Below, piece by piece: positions 12,356 through 24,963 of a stretch of 64,000 nt of DNA; the stretch's first letter is position 1; each line of letters starts with the position of its first letter. The notes under the pieces are model-generated. The model did no database searches, had not been told where the DNA came from, and was given only the letters and a program-made list of their open reading frames with translations. The translations under genes were made by a program, and so were the position numbers. The DNA is taken from contig CDLV01000009.1 in assembly GCA_001244265.2 (NCBI GenBank), positions 992,001-1,056,000 on the forward strand, read 5' to 3'. The stretch is from Microbotryum violaceum (Eukaryota).

Positions 12356-12851
12356 GCGGGAATATGACTCGATGGTTACAGTGACTTGCGGTGGAGGTGA
12401 TACCCCGTCTTGGGGTCTCCGTTTTACAATGGTCAGGTGGGGGATATTCAGAGGTGCGGCCAGTCGACTCATCTTGTTCTCGGACAAATGCAATACTCAG
12501 TCTGCGTGTGTTTGTTTCATCATTTCTGTTCTTTTGTGTCGGCGAAAGGGGGAGGAAAACAAGGTTCCGGGACGTACTGATGTATTCAACCCGCCAGTAG
12601 TGGGCCCGCAGCCGTATGTTGCACTCACCGCTTCGGCGCCGGGCAAGTTGCAGATGCCGAGGCTCTCACCCGCGCAACCGCCCCACAAAGCTGACATGGC
12701 CGACAGGCAGCGCTCGAACGGCTTCCGTAGGCTTCCGTGAAATCCGTGAATTCCGTGGCTCGGCTTGAGCCTCCCGGACGCTCGGCTCTCGACCTCGATT
12801 CTTGAATCCTGTTCTCGTCACGAACCGCGTATCGATTATCTGCACAACATC

Positions 12852-15483
12852 ATGTCGCCCCAAATCTCTGCCCAAGACAATAAAGAGCACTACACAGCGT
12901 TGAGTTCTTCCTCCTCCTTCCTTTAGCGGGCCGGCGTTCCCCGAGCCTGAACGCCAACGCTAACTGGGTACCGCTTTGTGGGAAATGTGGGGCTGCGTGC
13001 TGCGTGCTGCGTGCTGCGTGCTGCTTCGCCTTCCGAACCCTTCTGTGGTGATGATGGTGACCCAAGCAGTATCATTCTCGGTGCTGGTGTATCAGGATTG
13101 GGTGAGTATTCATTTCATCAGTCACTTCTTCCGTGGTCTTGATGCCGTGAGTGCTGACGGCGACTCTGTCCCGCACCGGCATGGCTCCCACTCTACTTGC
13201 GCGGCCCCAGCTTCCAACATCCAGATTGCCCGACGATTGGGTTTGACCGATGTCCTCTGCTAGTAAATCACCATTCTACTCTTGTTATCTCTCTTTGGGA
13301 TGATTCACTAATGTTTCGACACCTTTTATGCGCAGTGAAAAATCTGGAGACATCGGCGGCACCTGGAACCACAATCAATACCCCGGAGCCGCTTGCGGTT
13401 AGTCGTGCCCCCGATGGCGCTCCAAAAATTCAAAAATTCAACCTTGGCTAAGCTCCACCCGCGATTTTGGGGTGTTCCCTCGTCATGAAGGGGACTGACA
13501 ATTTTACCTGACATTTCAAAAAATGAACAGACATCCCCATGTCACTCTATTCTTTCTCGTTCGCTCATCCCCACAAGCTCACGACGCAATGGGCCGGACA
13601 ACAGGAGATCATGAGGTGTTCGTCCATCAGATTCTCCGTCCCACGGGGAAAGCCGCTGAAGTCTACTTCCTGTGAATCTTTACCCCACTTCTAGACTTGC
13701 ACGAGGTGCAAGAAAAATTCCACGTCCACAACATCTGCTTTCACCACGAAGCGAAGCAGATGCTCTTCTCCCGCGACACCGGTCTGTGGACGCTTGAGCT
13801 CAAGGAGCTCAAGACGGGCCGAACCAAAACGCGGACCTGCAATATTTTGATCTCGTGCGTCGGCGGTCTCTCGATCCCCAACGACCCTACCTTCGACACC
13901 AAGGACTTCAACGGTGACGTCATGCATTCGGCGCAGTGGAACCATGACGTCTCGGTTGTGGACAAGGACGTCGTCGTGGTTGGTAATGGTTGTTCGGCCG
14001 CGCAGATCGTCCCCGAGATCGCAGACAAGGTCAAGAGTTTGACGCAGATCGCTCGATCGAGGCAGTCCATCCTGAGGAGACCGCCCGTGCCCGATGGCGG
14101 ATGGATGGTCTTCATGCAGAACTACATCCCGGGAGTAAGTTACTCCAGTGTCACTCGGTGTCAACGCGAGTGGAGCAGAAGTGCGCAGCGTCTGACGCGC
14201 ATGATCGCGTTTCCGACCCATGTGAATTGCTTCTTACAGATGTCGTACCTGTTCCGATTCCTCATCTTTTTTCTCGGGGAATACGACTTTAAGGGCATGG
14301 ACCTCATCCGCGGGCAAAAGCTGCGACAGTGGGTCTCCAAGGACCTCACCTCGTACATCCGCGAGGTTGCACCTAAAAAGTATTGGGACGTGTTGGAACC
14401 CAATTTCGAGGTCATGGCCAAGCGTCGTGTGTTTGATGCAGGCTATTATAAGGCCTTGCATAACCCCAAGGTCGACCTGATCAGCGACGATGCGTTGGAG
14501 ACGGTCAAGGGCGACACCGTCACGACGAGAGAGGGGCGGAAGCTCAAGGCCGACGTGATCGTTCTTTGCACGGGTTTCAAGATCCAAGAGTGTACGTCCA
14601 CTTGCGAACATGAAAGTCTGCTCTTATTTTGTTGATACTCACCCTGCATCCCTGGCGTAGTCTTGTTCCCCCTTAAGATCGCCAATGACAAGGGCGAAGA
14701 TCTTGCAACCGTTTTGGGCTCAAGCAACGCCAGCAACTACCTCGGAACACTCGTGGCTGGCTTTCCCAATTATTTCTGGATCATGGGTCCCAACACGGCG
14801 TAAGGAAATATCCCATGTTCCGCCAACCCCTCGAGCCATGCGACATTCGGACCTGGCTCCTAATGCCTTCGATTGCCTTTCCGCAGCACCGGTCATTCGA
14901 GCGTCATTTTCACGAGTGAATGCCAGATCGGGTAAGCCAATTGAGCCAACAGTCCATCAGTGCTCTCTAGCCGCTACGCGCGCTGACACCGAAGGCCGTA
15001 CTACGCTCCTTCAGCATGATGATCAAGCTCATCAAGCCGATCCTCAAGAAACTCGAGCAAAACCGAGACGCATCCCCTGGACCGATCGTTGAAGTGTCGA
15101 AGCAAGCACAAGATGCGTACATGGGCAAGGTACGAGCGGAGATGAAGAAGAAGGTCGGTCCTAAACCTTGCCGTGTTATAGTTCAAGTCGAGTAGAGTGG
15201 TGATCTGACACACGCTCGCGCCACGTCGTCATTCAGGTCTGGGAAAAGGACGGCGGTGTGAGTTGGTATGTCAACAAGGGGACTGGTCTCTGCACTGCAC
15301 TCTACCCATGGTCAGTTTCTCAAGCTGTATCAGAATCACAACGTCAAGGTGAACGCCACCATGCCAGTCAGCACGAGCATGCTAACACGCTGGCGCCTCC
15401 TGATCGAGTTCAGGTCGCAAGTCCATTTCTGGCGCAGCTCCGCCTGGCTCAGCATGAAGGACTTCATCTACTCCAACTGCTAG
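12852..15483 (+). CDS. Baeyer-Villiger-type (class B) flavin-containing monooxygenase
   Basis: Spliced N-terminus HYTAIILGAGVSGL (FAD Rossmann), GGTWNHNQYPGAACD (BVMO fingerprint), FNGDVMHSAQW (FxGxxxHxxxW), VVVVGNGCSAAQ (NADPH Rossmann), DVIVLCTGF, GFPNYFWIMGPN. Confidence 0.9.
12992..13024 (+). repeat. (GCTGCGT)n 7-bp tandem repeat, ~4.7 copies, in intron 1 of the monooxygenase gene
   Basis: gctgcgt gctgcgt gctgcgt gctgcgt gctgc read directly. Confidence 0.85.
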
Positions 15484-15876
15484 AAATGTGTGACACGAGA
15501 ACTCTAATGCTTTGCTTCTTATCTGTTCTTATCTGTTCTTTGTGTCCAGTGATCTTTTGTATGCCTTCCTCGCATCAAGATCCTCAAGGCATTGGCTTCT
15601 CGTTTCCTCGTGGTTCTCTTCCCTGCCCTCGATTCTTACTTCTTGTTTCCAGATCCGTAGTGACCTTGTGTCAAATTGCGTAAAGTTCCACTTGTCGTTC
15701 CTTGTATGGTTAAGGGTCCGTCGGAATCGTCGAAACGCATGGAAGAGCATCGAGGGAGGATGATCGAGAGACCATACGGACGTCACATACAGAGGGCAAG
15801 CTAAACGGATCCCCCAACACTACACACGATGAGCCGTCTCCTGCCACAACCTAATCACACAGCCTATGCAACTCGA

Positions 15877-16561
15877 TCAAGCCTTCCTCCTCAACGTCGT
15901 CTGATTCGCCTCGTCATGGAACGCGCTCCAGATCCCCCTGACGCTCTCGTTCGAACTCTCGACCTTGGGTCGTTTCAACGTTGTGATCTTACTTCCCGAC
16001 GAGTCGAGCAGCAGCTGCAATTTGGCGCCAATCGAAGGGGGTGGTAAGGAACGCACGCAGATGACTTTGTCCCGACCGTTGACTGGAAAGAAAAGAGGAA
16101 CGTCGGGGAAGAGTCGTCTCAGTCCAACAATCCAGACAGATTTAGTGAAGGGCAGCTTCGTCCACTGACCATAAACTGCTCTCAGATGGGGATGTCGGTT
16201 ATCGACCCTCTGCACGACCATCTCAACCCCAGGGTATCTTTGAGCGAACGAGACGATCGGCCCGTTCGCGAGAAACTCTCGCATCCCTCGGTTCGAACCC
16301 CATGTCTCGCAGTATTCGAAGACGATCTGTTTAAGATGAGGCGTTTGGATGAGTAGGGTTGGGAGGGTATCAACTGCCTGCGATGCGCAACCACAGAGGA
16401 GTCGCCGTTCGCAAAGAGGAAGAGCACGATGTCGACAGTGACGACGAGCAAAAGGAGAGGCCACAGGCTCGACATACCTTTTTACACGGCAACACGAAGG
16501 ACTTTGTTCCATTCGCGACGGGCACGGCCAATGACCGCCGCAGGATCGGTTGTAGGGACAT
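15877..16561 (-). CDS. MRPL51: Mitochondrial ribosomal protein mL43 (yeast Mrpl51 / human MRPL43)
   Basis: NGTKSFVLPCKK|IVFEYCETWGSNRGMREFL...HPHLRAVY|NGRDKVICVR...VESSNESVRGIWSAFH. Confidence 0.92.
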
Positions 16562-17254
16562 GGTGGGGCTGTTGCCTTGAGGACGATGCGGCGACGACGG
16601 TGAACGAGGGCTTCTCTTGGTGCTTCAACGGTGTCACAGGGGGAGGAGTCCGAGAGCGACGATGATGGATGATGGGGTTGGTCTTCTTGTACGTGAGTGA
16701 GTGTTTGCAGGTATGCGCAGGAGGCGATCGAGATCAGCTCGCCGTGAGCGCTGACTGTCTTGTCTTCGCGAAGGCTCACTCGCACGGACCACGCTGAGTC
16801 ACTCGTAGTCTTTGTATGGACAGTAGTGACAGGACCTATATTATGAGAAAGGGTCGAACATGACATGATTTGCATGGATTGTAATCATGAGTATTGTCGT
16901 GAAAAACGGAATGGCTACAACTTAAACTGGTTCGGAGCCAGTAACTTCAAGAAGAAGCTTTGCTGTACATGTGGACTGCTTAGTCGAGTCGGAGCAAAGA
17001 AAGGTAAAGCGAAACAACAGGGGACAAACACATAAAACAACGGCGACTGCGACATGATGGTAAACAAGCCCCCTGAGCAAGCAGAGAAATGGGATCGTCG
17101 ATCGACACAAGCTGGTGGAACTGAACAACATGAATACTGCTGAGGAAAACTTGGACGGGGAGAAGCGGCGGCGGCAGGCGTGGATTTTGCCGGGGATTGA
17201 GAAGAGAGACGGTGAACGACGTGATATTTTATGGTCTCGAGGCCACCGTAGTGT

Positions 17255-18029
17255 TCAAATTGGAGACTGGTAACAGCAAGGTAGAGTTAGCTGCTGTGCA
17301 TGCATGTTCACAAACATGCAGGTCGACTCACCATCGGATCGAAAAAGATGTAGGGGCCAAACTTTTCCCAGCTGAGGGAAGCAAAAGCGTAGACACTGTT
17401 CAAGGGAAAAGACAAGGTCAGCGATCTGCACCAAGACGCCGAGCTAAGCAACAGTGCCCGAAAGAGAGCACTTACTCGTGCATCTTGTCCAACGTGAGTC
17501 GGCCTTGCTCAAACAGGTAGACGCCAAAGACAACGTCTTCGGTAAAGGCCGAGGCGTAAAAGATCTTCTCGTACGTCACGAGCTCGCCATCGATCGTGCG
17601 CTCGCCGTTGCAGTCCCTGGTACCGTCGAGTTGAAGGGCTCTGTCACTAGGGGGCAAGGCGACGACCACGACGTGAAGATTGGGTCGCTGCTCGTGCAAG
17701 AGATCGGCTTGACGCTGAGCGAATCGGCGGAGAGCCAGGTTGGGGCTACTCGAAATCGATTCGGAAGGCGACAAGGGCGCCGACTGGAACGAATGCGTGC
17801 TGCTGAACGACGACGATCGCGGCGAGTTCGAGTCGGAGCCATAGTAGTCAAGGCCTTCCGAAGACGACGATGACGAAGCCGAGGTGACTGCATTTGGTTT
17901 GTTGAGCTTGTCTTGAGTATGTGGTTGTTGAAGCGAGCCTTGATATTGTAGGTCCTGGGATGAGGATGACTTGTACAAGATCCCGGTTGATAAAAAGCAG
18001 GGGATCGGCGATGGATCGTCGTCGCGCAT
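17255..18029 (-). CDS. Hypothetical protein, ~209 aa; Ser-rich N-terminus and globular C-terminal domain
   Basis: Exons 18029-17476, 17395-17332, 17266-17255 with GTAAGT/GTGAGT donors and consistent phases; C-terminus FGVYLFEQGRLTLDKMHDVYAFASLSWEKFGPYIFFDPMSPI. May have a further upstream exon. Confidence 0.6.
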
Positions 18030-21000
18030 GGGCCTAGCCGAGGCCAGCGCAGGCCCGTGCAGCGTGGCCGGCGGTGGGGGCCCGTCTATAGTCTCACTCT
18101 GACATGCGTTTACTTTAGCTTAACCAGCTAGGAAGTCAGGATGACGCAAAAAAAAATAAAAGTTACCTACAACTGTTTCCTTAACAACGCTTCGGCTGCG
18201 ATGACTCGAGGTGACGTTGAGCGCTGAGATCCTACTGTGACCACTGTCGCTGCGGGCGCCGAGGTTTGGTCGATGTGTGGCCTGAACACCGGAGAAGGTC
18301 GACTTGGAATCGATGTTGATGTATGGTATGCGACGAGAGCTAACCGTCGCAATAGTGTGGGATGAGCAAGAAGAAGGAAAGGGTAATCCAGTGCGCGCCC
18401 AGCGTAGAGTCGAGTTGCATGTGGCGTGAAACGAGCGAGACAAGTCGAGCCGAGGTGCGAATTCGCATCGGAAGGGGAACGATGATTGGTGCTTCGACGC
18501 CGCGTGGCATTGAACCAAATCCGCATCTTCAAGTCGTTGTGGGTAGCCAAAACTTTACACCGATGCACAGGCGAGTCGCCCTTGATCAGCCAGGCCAGAT
18601 CCGACATACATTCAATACATTGGATATCCGTATACCCTTCTCTCATTCCCTAAGGGTTTCCTCTTAATTTGTAGTTCGAGCGTACGCATCGAGATGCGCA
18701 TGCGATATTCGAGCACCCATCACGACGTAAAATCCGCGGACCGAAGACGATTTACCGAACGCCGTTCCATCTCGACCTTCCAATATATTTCAATCGTGCT
18801 CTCGATTATGTTTTAACCTTCGTGACAAAGTCGATATCATGGTGCATCACTTTTCGTTGCGCTCTCATCGAGCCGATCTTGTTCTGATTGGCATCGGCGT
18901 TTGGGGCTGCTAGCCGGCTGCTCGATCGGGTTCATTACGCGCTAACGGAGACCTTCGCGGTGCCGTTGCGCGCTGGAGCGAGCTGACATTCCGGAGAAAC
19001 GGAGGAGTGCCACACATAACCACTACTAAAGCAGAGTTTTAAGGGGAATCCAATTCGAAGGCAACAGAAAATAAAACGGTCGACTGTTACGAGCAGTTCC
19101 TGAGCCAGCGGGTCAGCGAACCGGCTTTCATCCAGTCTCGGCAACAACGCTTCGACTTCGACTTCGTCGAACAACTTTCCTCTCGCGGGGTCGGCGAACG
19201 CCGCGTCCACGCCCAAGACGCCCAAGTCCAAGACGACGGCATCGCCGATCGGACGTCGTCGAAGTCGAAGGTTAATTGGTAAGGGCCTCGACGCGAGCGA
19301 GGCTGCGGCCGGTGGAGCGGGTGATCAAGAGATGCGCGATGCGTCCAGAGCACGGACTTTTAGCGCGCGTGCCTGACTAGTTGCTCGCTGCGCGAGTGTT
19401 CACGTGACCATCCTCGAAACTGAATTATCGTGTGATCCCCTTTTATTTACTTGCTTACCAATCGGACCACATAAAACACCTTCGATCTCTTTTTGGCCTT
19501 TCAAGGATTTGTACATGTCCTTTTCGAAGTTGCTTCTTTCCTTCCTGCAAGCAACAAACTATGACGGTCTACGCGGACAGGGAAGGTTCTAGATCTACTC
19601 GCTTTTCGTTATTGCGTCACTCTCCGATTTGTAGGCTTCCCAGATCGAGTTGAAGTCGAAAGCGGAAAGCCCAGATTGTTCTCTCTTCGTCGGACGGCGA
19701 GAGAAAGACGGTACAAGTCCTTAAATTGCATTCGATGAGAAAAGAAGTGAAGCGAGGAAAAGTCGATAAGCGGTGTCGAGCGATTATCGAAGGTAGATCC
19801 GTGTGAAATCGGGGGAAAATTACTGGATGGGGAAAAGAGTAGAGAGGAGAGTTCTACGGCAAGGCTAGAAAGAAAGGGAAATGAAATGGAGGCCAGCGGC
19901 TCTGATGAGTAACAGTGGATTGGAGGCGCTGGCCTGCACGATTGATCGAGATTGCTCGAGCTTCAAGTCTATCTGAAGGCCGACAGCAATTGGAACACTA
20001 GAGGTGGAGCTGTGCGCTTCATCAAGTCGCCTGTGGAGAGTGGCGAATCGCAGAACAACCAACTCAGGGAGGAACTCTCAGAGTACAGCAGATTCCTCTC
20101 GAAAGAGGAACTGTTTTGTCACGTGACTTGCGGCCCACCGTCCACCTCTTGATAACGTCAGCCACCTCCACCTTCGCCTCCGCCTCCGCCTCCGAGTCGG
20201 GATTTTGCATCACAGAGGATCTCCTTGTTTGTCAATCAGCAGTGCAAGAAGCCGTAACGACGATTCGTCACAAACAAATGGGTTTTGTGCACACCAAATT
20301 GATTATCTACTAGTAGTTCTCATCTACCATCCCCCTGTGCTGTGCTCGAACGCAAGCCTGCTAAAGTTGCGAGTTGCTGCCAAGATCGTCGCCCGCGGCC
20401 AGCAGCTCCTTCAACTCGCAGCACGTCGAGACAGGACAGATGAGGATGGGAATGATGGGGAGAAAGTGGGTGTGTAGGGGGGGAGCTCGCTGTGTTCGCC
20501 TTTTCACGTGCCCAGTGTTTAGGCCGCGTTGCATAACGGTTCCGACTGCCGGTGTCTGCTCTTTGGTCTCCCACTGATTGTTTGGGTAGAACCTCGTTCG
20601 GTAAGCACCGTACTAGAGTACCGGACTGGGTCCCGAGATGTTTGTTAGTAGCAGCACTTTACCTGAAACTTGCGACACTTCTCCAAGACTCGCCGGCTTG
20701 CATCTGCAATGAATGCCGCGAACGAAGGAAAAGTCCTCCTAATAGACGGCCGATTGCTGCGGCTGCTCGCCACCCAACTTGAACCTCAGGGGTCAGGGAA
20801 CATCATGATGGCCGCGAATGCGATGCAGCCATCGCGGCCGTATCCCAGAACGCCTCAGACGACCTTTCGCGAAGGGCTCGACAGGAGAGGTACGAGCGCG
20901 AGAGTCCCTCATCGACTTCCGGCCTCACCATCGCGACTTTCTGCAGTTTCGGACGCGCTCGGCCCCCGAAGTCGCTGCCGCCTGCCGAAGCCGAGGCGGT

Positions 21001-21479
21001 GCACAACACGGTCTTGCTCCAGATTCCCTTCGCCGCCGCCGAGACGTGGGTTGAGTCATCACGATCGACCAAACTAGCCTTCCTTAGGATAGCGAGGGAT
21101 ACCAACACACCAGTCTCCAAGACCAGTACCTTGACTCACTGAGGCATTCGTGCAACTCACGCCAACAAGACCCGAATCGACCGTGCGCGCATCGTCGATC
21201 ACCCGGTGCGACGACCGATAACGCCCGTGCACTCCGCGTTGGTGCTGAGGCCCTCATTTCCTCGTAAAAACTCAGACCTCGTTCTTCGGGCCCTCAACTA
21301 ATCTCGACGCTCACAAGACTCTTGCAAGTCGATCTTGGCCACTGTGGACCTCGTTACGATTCGTAACGGGCCACTGTGTCATCGCGGCTCTCTCCGACGG
21401 CACTCCGGCGACCACGCCAGTCTCTCTCCAAGGGGGATTAAGACTTGCATAGACCGTACAACCTCTCGCACACTGTGAC

Positions 21480-24256
21480 ATGAACAGTTACGACGCAGAC
21501 TCGTTTCATCGCCCATCCGCGGCGCATCCTTCCCAAGAGCGCACGCAGTTGTGGGGCCCAACCACCGCGACCACAACCCGGCCACCAGCATACGCACCGA
21601 CATACGCACCCGGTCCAGCATCGGCGCCAGCACCTGTCGAGTTCAGCCATCCAAACGGGCGATCATCGACTCAACCACTCAACGTTCATCGGTCGCAAGC
21701 AAGTGCACATCGACCAGAGGTCCAAGTCGGTGATTTTGGCGAGGATCCAGTGAGTGACGATGCCTCTGAGCTGGTTTTTGGCTGGACGCTGAAATTTGAT
21801 CTTACTGCGCTCTTCCGATTGGATTCCTTTTCCACAGCAACTCGAAGCCATACGAAGAGAGTCCGTACAGATCGAAAAGGAACGACAGGCTCGCTTTCGG
21901 GAGAATGAACAGGCGTTGCTGCGCACACTCGCCGAATCACAACGAGTGGACCAGCGACGGTCTGCTGAAGAAGCTCAGGCGGAGCAGCTGCTGCGGCAGG
22001 CGATGGAAGAGAGTCAAAGAGGCAAATCCCTTGAAAGGGAGGAAGAGGAGCTTCAGATGGTGTTGGCCATGAGCCTGAGTGAACACGAGTTCGCGACCAC
22101 GAGTGCACAACGTTTCGCCCAGCTCAGTCACATCTCCAACTTCATCTCGCCCGACGATTCGGCGCAGGCTTCAAACAACACTCCACATTCGCTCTTCCAG
22201 AACATCACCGTGGATGCATCAAACACCAATGGCCAACAGCCGGCTGCCCAACGAAATCCGCCCCTTCGTCGGGCCTCTCTGCACGATTCGTTCAGGAACC
22301 CCGATGAGCTTGTCAGCCCACCAGCGTATGCGCAGGGATCTCCGATGCTGTCCTCAACGTCGAAGGAAGTTAATGGGCTTTCGCTGAACCAGCCTTCGCA
22401 CCCCATTGACCAAAGGGCTTCCGACGATACTGTGGAATCCACGGATGGGGCCTATTTACCAGCACCACAGCGAGCGACCCCCTCGGTCCCCCCGTCACAA
22501 GTGCCGGCCTCGGCATTCTATTCTGGAGCAGTCGCTGGTGCAATGCTCCCGAATTCCCCACCTATCGACAGAGTACATACCCCCATGCACAATGCCTTGC
22601 TCCCGTACCCTGCACTCTCGCTCAGGCGGTCGTCCCACGCCTCGACCCCGGAGCTGTCCGATGGCCACAACTCGGTGCGGTTAAGCGTGCTCTCAACCAC
22701 CAGCGTAGCAGGGTCTTGGGCAAGCGAGGCCAGTGACGATACTCTTGACGACACTCGAGCGACAAGCCAATCCTTTTTTTGTCTTTCGGAAATGCAAGAG
22801 TCCCACATGGAGCCTGGGCCGAGCCAAAATCTTCCACATTCTCCAGCGACGGAAACGGGCGACGACATCGATCCTTTCGACGATCGCTTCGCAAGTGTTG
22901 ACGGGGACGATTTGGATGCACATCTACCGATGACCGCAAGCGAAGCCGATTCAGACTTATCCTTCGCCTCGAGCTCTGTCGTTCAAGATCGGGACATGTT
23001 TGACATCGCCCGGCGTATGTCCAAGCAAAGCATGTGGAGGCCCTCCCTTTCCATCGTGGCACCCGTTCCGTCCGCTCCTGAATCGGGGGCATCTGCGTCG
23101 CATGCTTCGGATGATCGAGATGAAGCTCCACCAAGTACACCGACACATCTAGACATAAGCAATACTCCCTCGGCCCCGATCCTGACACCTGCTCGACCAT
23201 CGATGTCCCGTAGCGCGTCGCTCGAGTCGGCTCTGCCCAGCAGTCCCGACGCAATGCATTCAGCATCAAGCTCGACTGACGCACTGGACGCATACCGAAC
23301 AAACCCCTCTTCCGGTGGTCTTGTCATCGATGCCACAGCGGGCGGTGTGGCGCTCGCAACGGAGGACATCGTCGAAGGAGTGCGGTGGGGCTTCGTGCCC
23401 GCGGACAAGCTTGCACAACATCCGCCACTCGAGCATGACGGCCCGTTCCAGAAAGCCGCACAACTTTCGACGTATTCTGATGAAGGCGCCCATCAGCGAC
23501 CTTTTGAATGTTTCGCCATCGAGGCGTCGAGTTGGCACCGTCTTCTGTGCTATCTCATGTGGTGAGCTGAAGCCTTGACTGCCTTGCCGAATCGCTCTTA
23601 ACACAATGATCCTTATCTTGCATCGCAGGTTTGGTCTTTCGCAATTCGAAGCAGCGCCATACGACCATGCGGCTCTGTCAAAAGATCGTCGCCACTTTGA
23701 AGTCAGCGTTCTGGTGCAGTTTTTCCGCTCGTTTGAGGACGAAAGCCCTCGTGTGCGGTGCCTCGTACAAATACTGCCTCTTGCCAGGGCTAGCGCGATT
23801 GACACGGCACCAACACGTAGGAGTCAAACCAGGTTCGACGCCTCTTGTCCCAACATCTCCATCCCTATCGAAGCTGATCCCGATCGGCCGCTTCGCCTGC
23901 CGCTCACATTGACAACACTGGGGTCTGCGCTCTCCAAAGCCCACACGATCTCGTCTCGGTCAGGTCGCTCGACTTTTGGAGCTCCGACCTCCCGCGGTGG
24001 GACGGTGATGGAGAAGACGCTTGCGTCCGCCGTCATCTTTTGCAAGCAATTGAACGGGGACTTTGCGACGGCTTCACCCGAGGCGGACGACTTTGAAAGG
24101 AGCACTTTGGAGCGGCTCAAACTTCGCGTGAAACGGGCCAGGGGCAAGAGAGTCGGCGTGCAAGGAGGTCGCATGGAAGGGGGCCGCGACGCCGTGCCGG
24201 AGGAAGCGAGTTTGATCACACCGTTTATCCTGGAGGAGGCAGAAGATGGGTATTGA
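21480..24256 (+). CDS. Uncharacterised protein with UIM-like ubiquitin-interacting motifs, long disordered middle and folded C-terminal domain
   Basis: Long ORFs joined by introns at ~21750-21837 and ~23562-23628; UIM-like EEEELQMVLAMSLSE and EQLLRQAMEES. Confidence 0.7.
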
Positions 24257-24683
24257 TATCGGCAAATTTCCCGCCTTACGGACGAGCATGTACCATGCGA
24301 CAGCAAAATTGTAACATCAGAAGGTAAATATAGGGTTCGGCAGCCACCCAGAAGCTCCCAGCTCAACTTCGGACTGACTTGCTTGACCTTCCTGACCTGT
24401 CTGTGACTGACAACCATTGTGCCTCCCTCCCACCCTTCTTATTTGTGCTCTATCTTTCTCCATTGTTCTACTTTTCACATAGAACCACAGTCTGTAAATG
24501 ACGGATCACCTTGAATAGTAATATGTAGCGCTCTTCTCTCTTTTCCTCTCTTGTCGTCCCCACGGGGACCCACACCCTTGACTCTTGATAATCGACTGGG
24601 TTTAGGACTGTCTTTTCGTCAGGTACCTTCGAGAGTACTACCGAGGAACACGCCTTTCTAGATTTTTGCCTTTCTTTAGTAGT

Positions 24684-24716
24684 AAGAAAAAAAAAAGAAA
24701 AAAAAAAAAAAAAAAA
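24684..24716 (+). repeat. Poly(A)-rich tract between convergent genes
   Basis: Interrupted A run of 33 bp including 19 consecutive A. Confidence 0.85.
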
Positions 24717-24963
24717 GTCTACTCACGCCCACCGCTGAGTAATCTGGACTCCTTACAGTAAACAACAGATGAAATTACGATGACACCAATTTATAAGATA
24801 AGGCTATGCAATTGAAGAAAACCGCCCCAAGGGAACCCAAGAAACAGATGTGAAGGGGGTCAATTCTTCCTCCAGCGCCCAAAAAGTGGTATCGGAACAA
24901 GAATGAGATCCTCGACGAAAAGGAGTATTCTTGAAGGTGACGAGTTGGTGGTCCAGACAGTAC

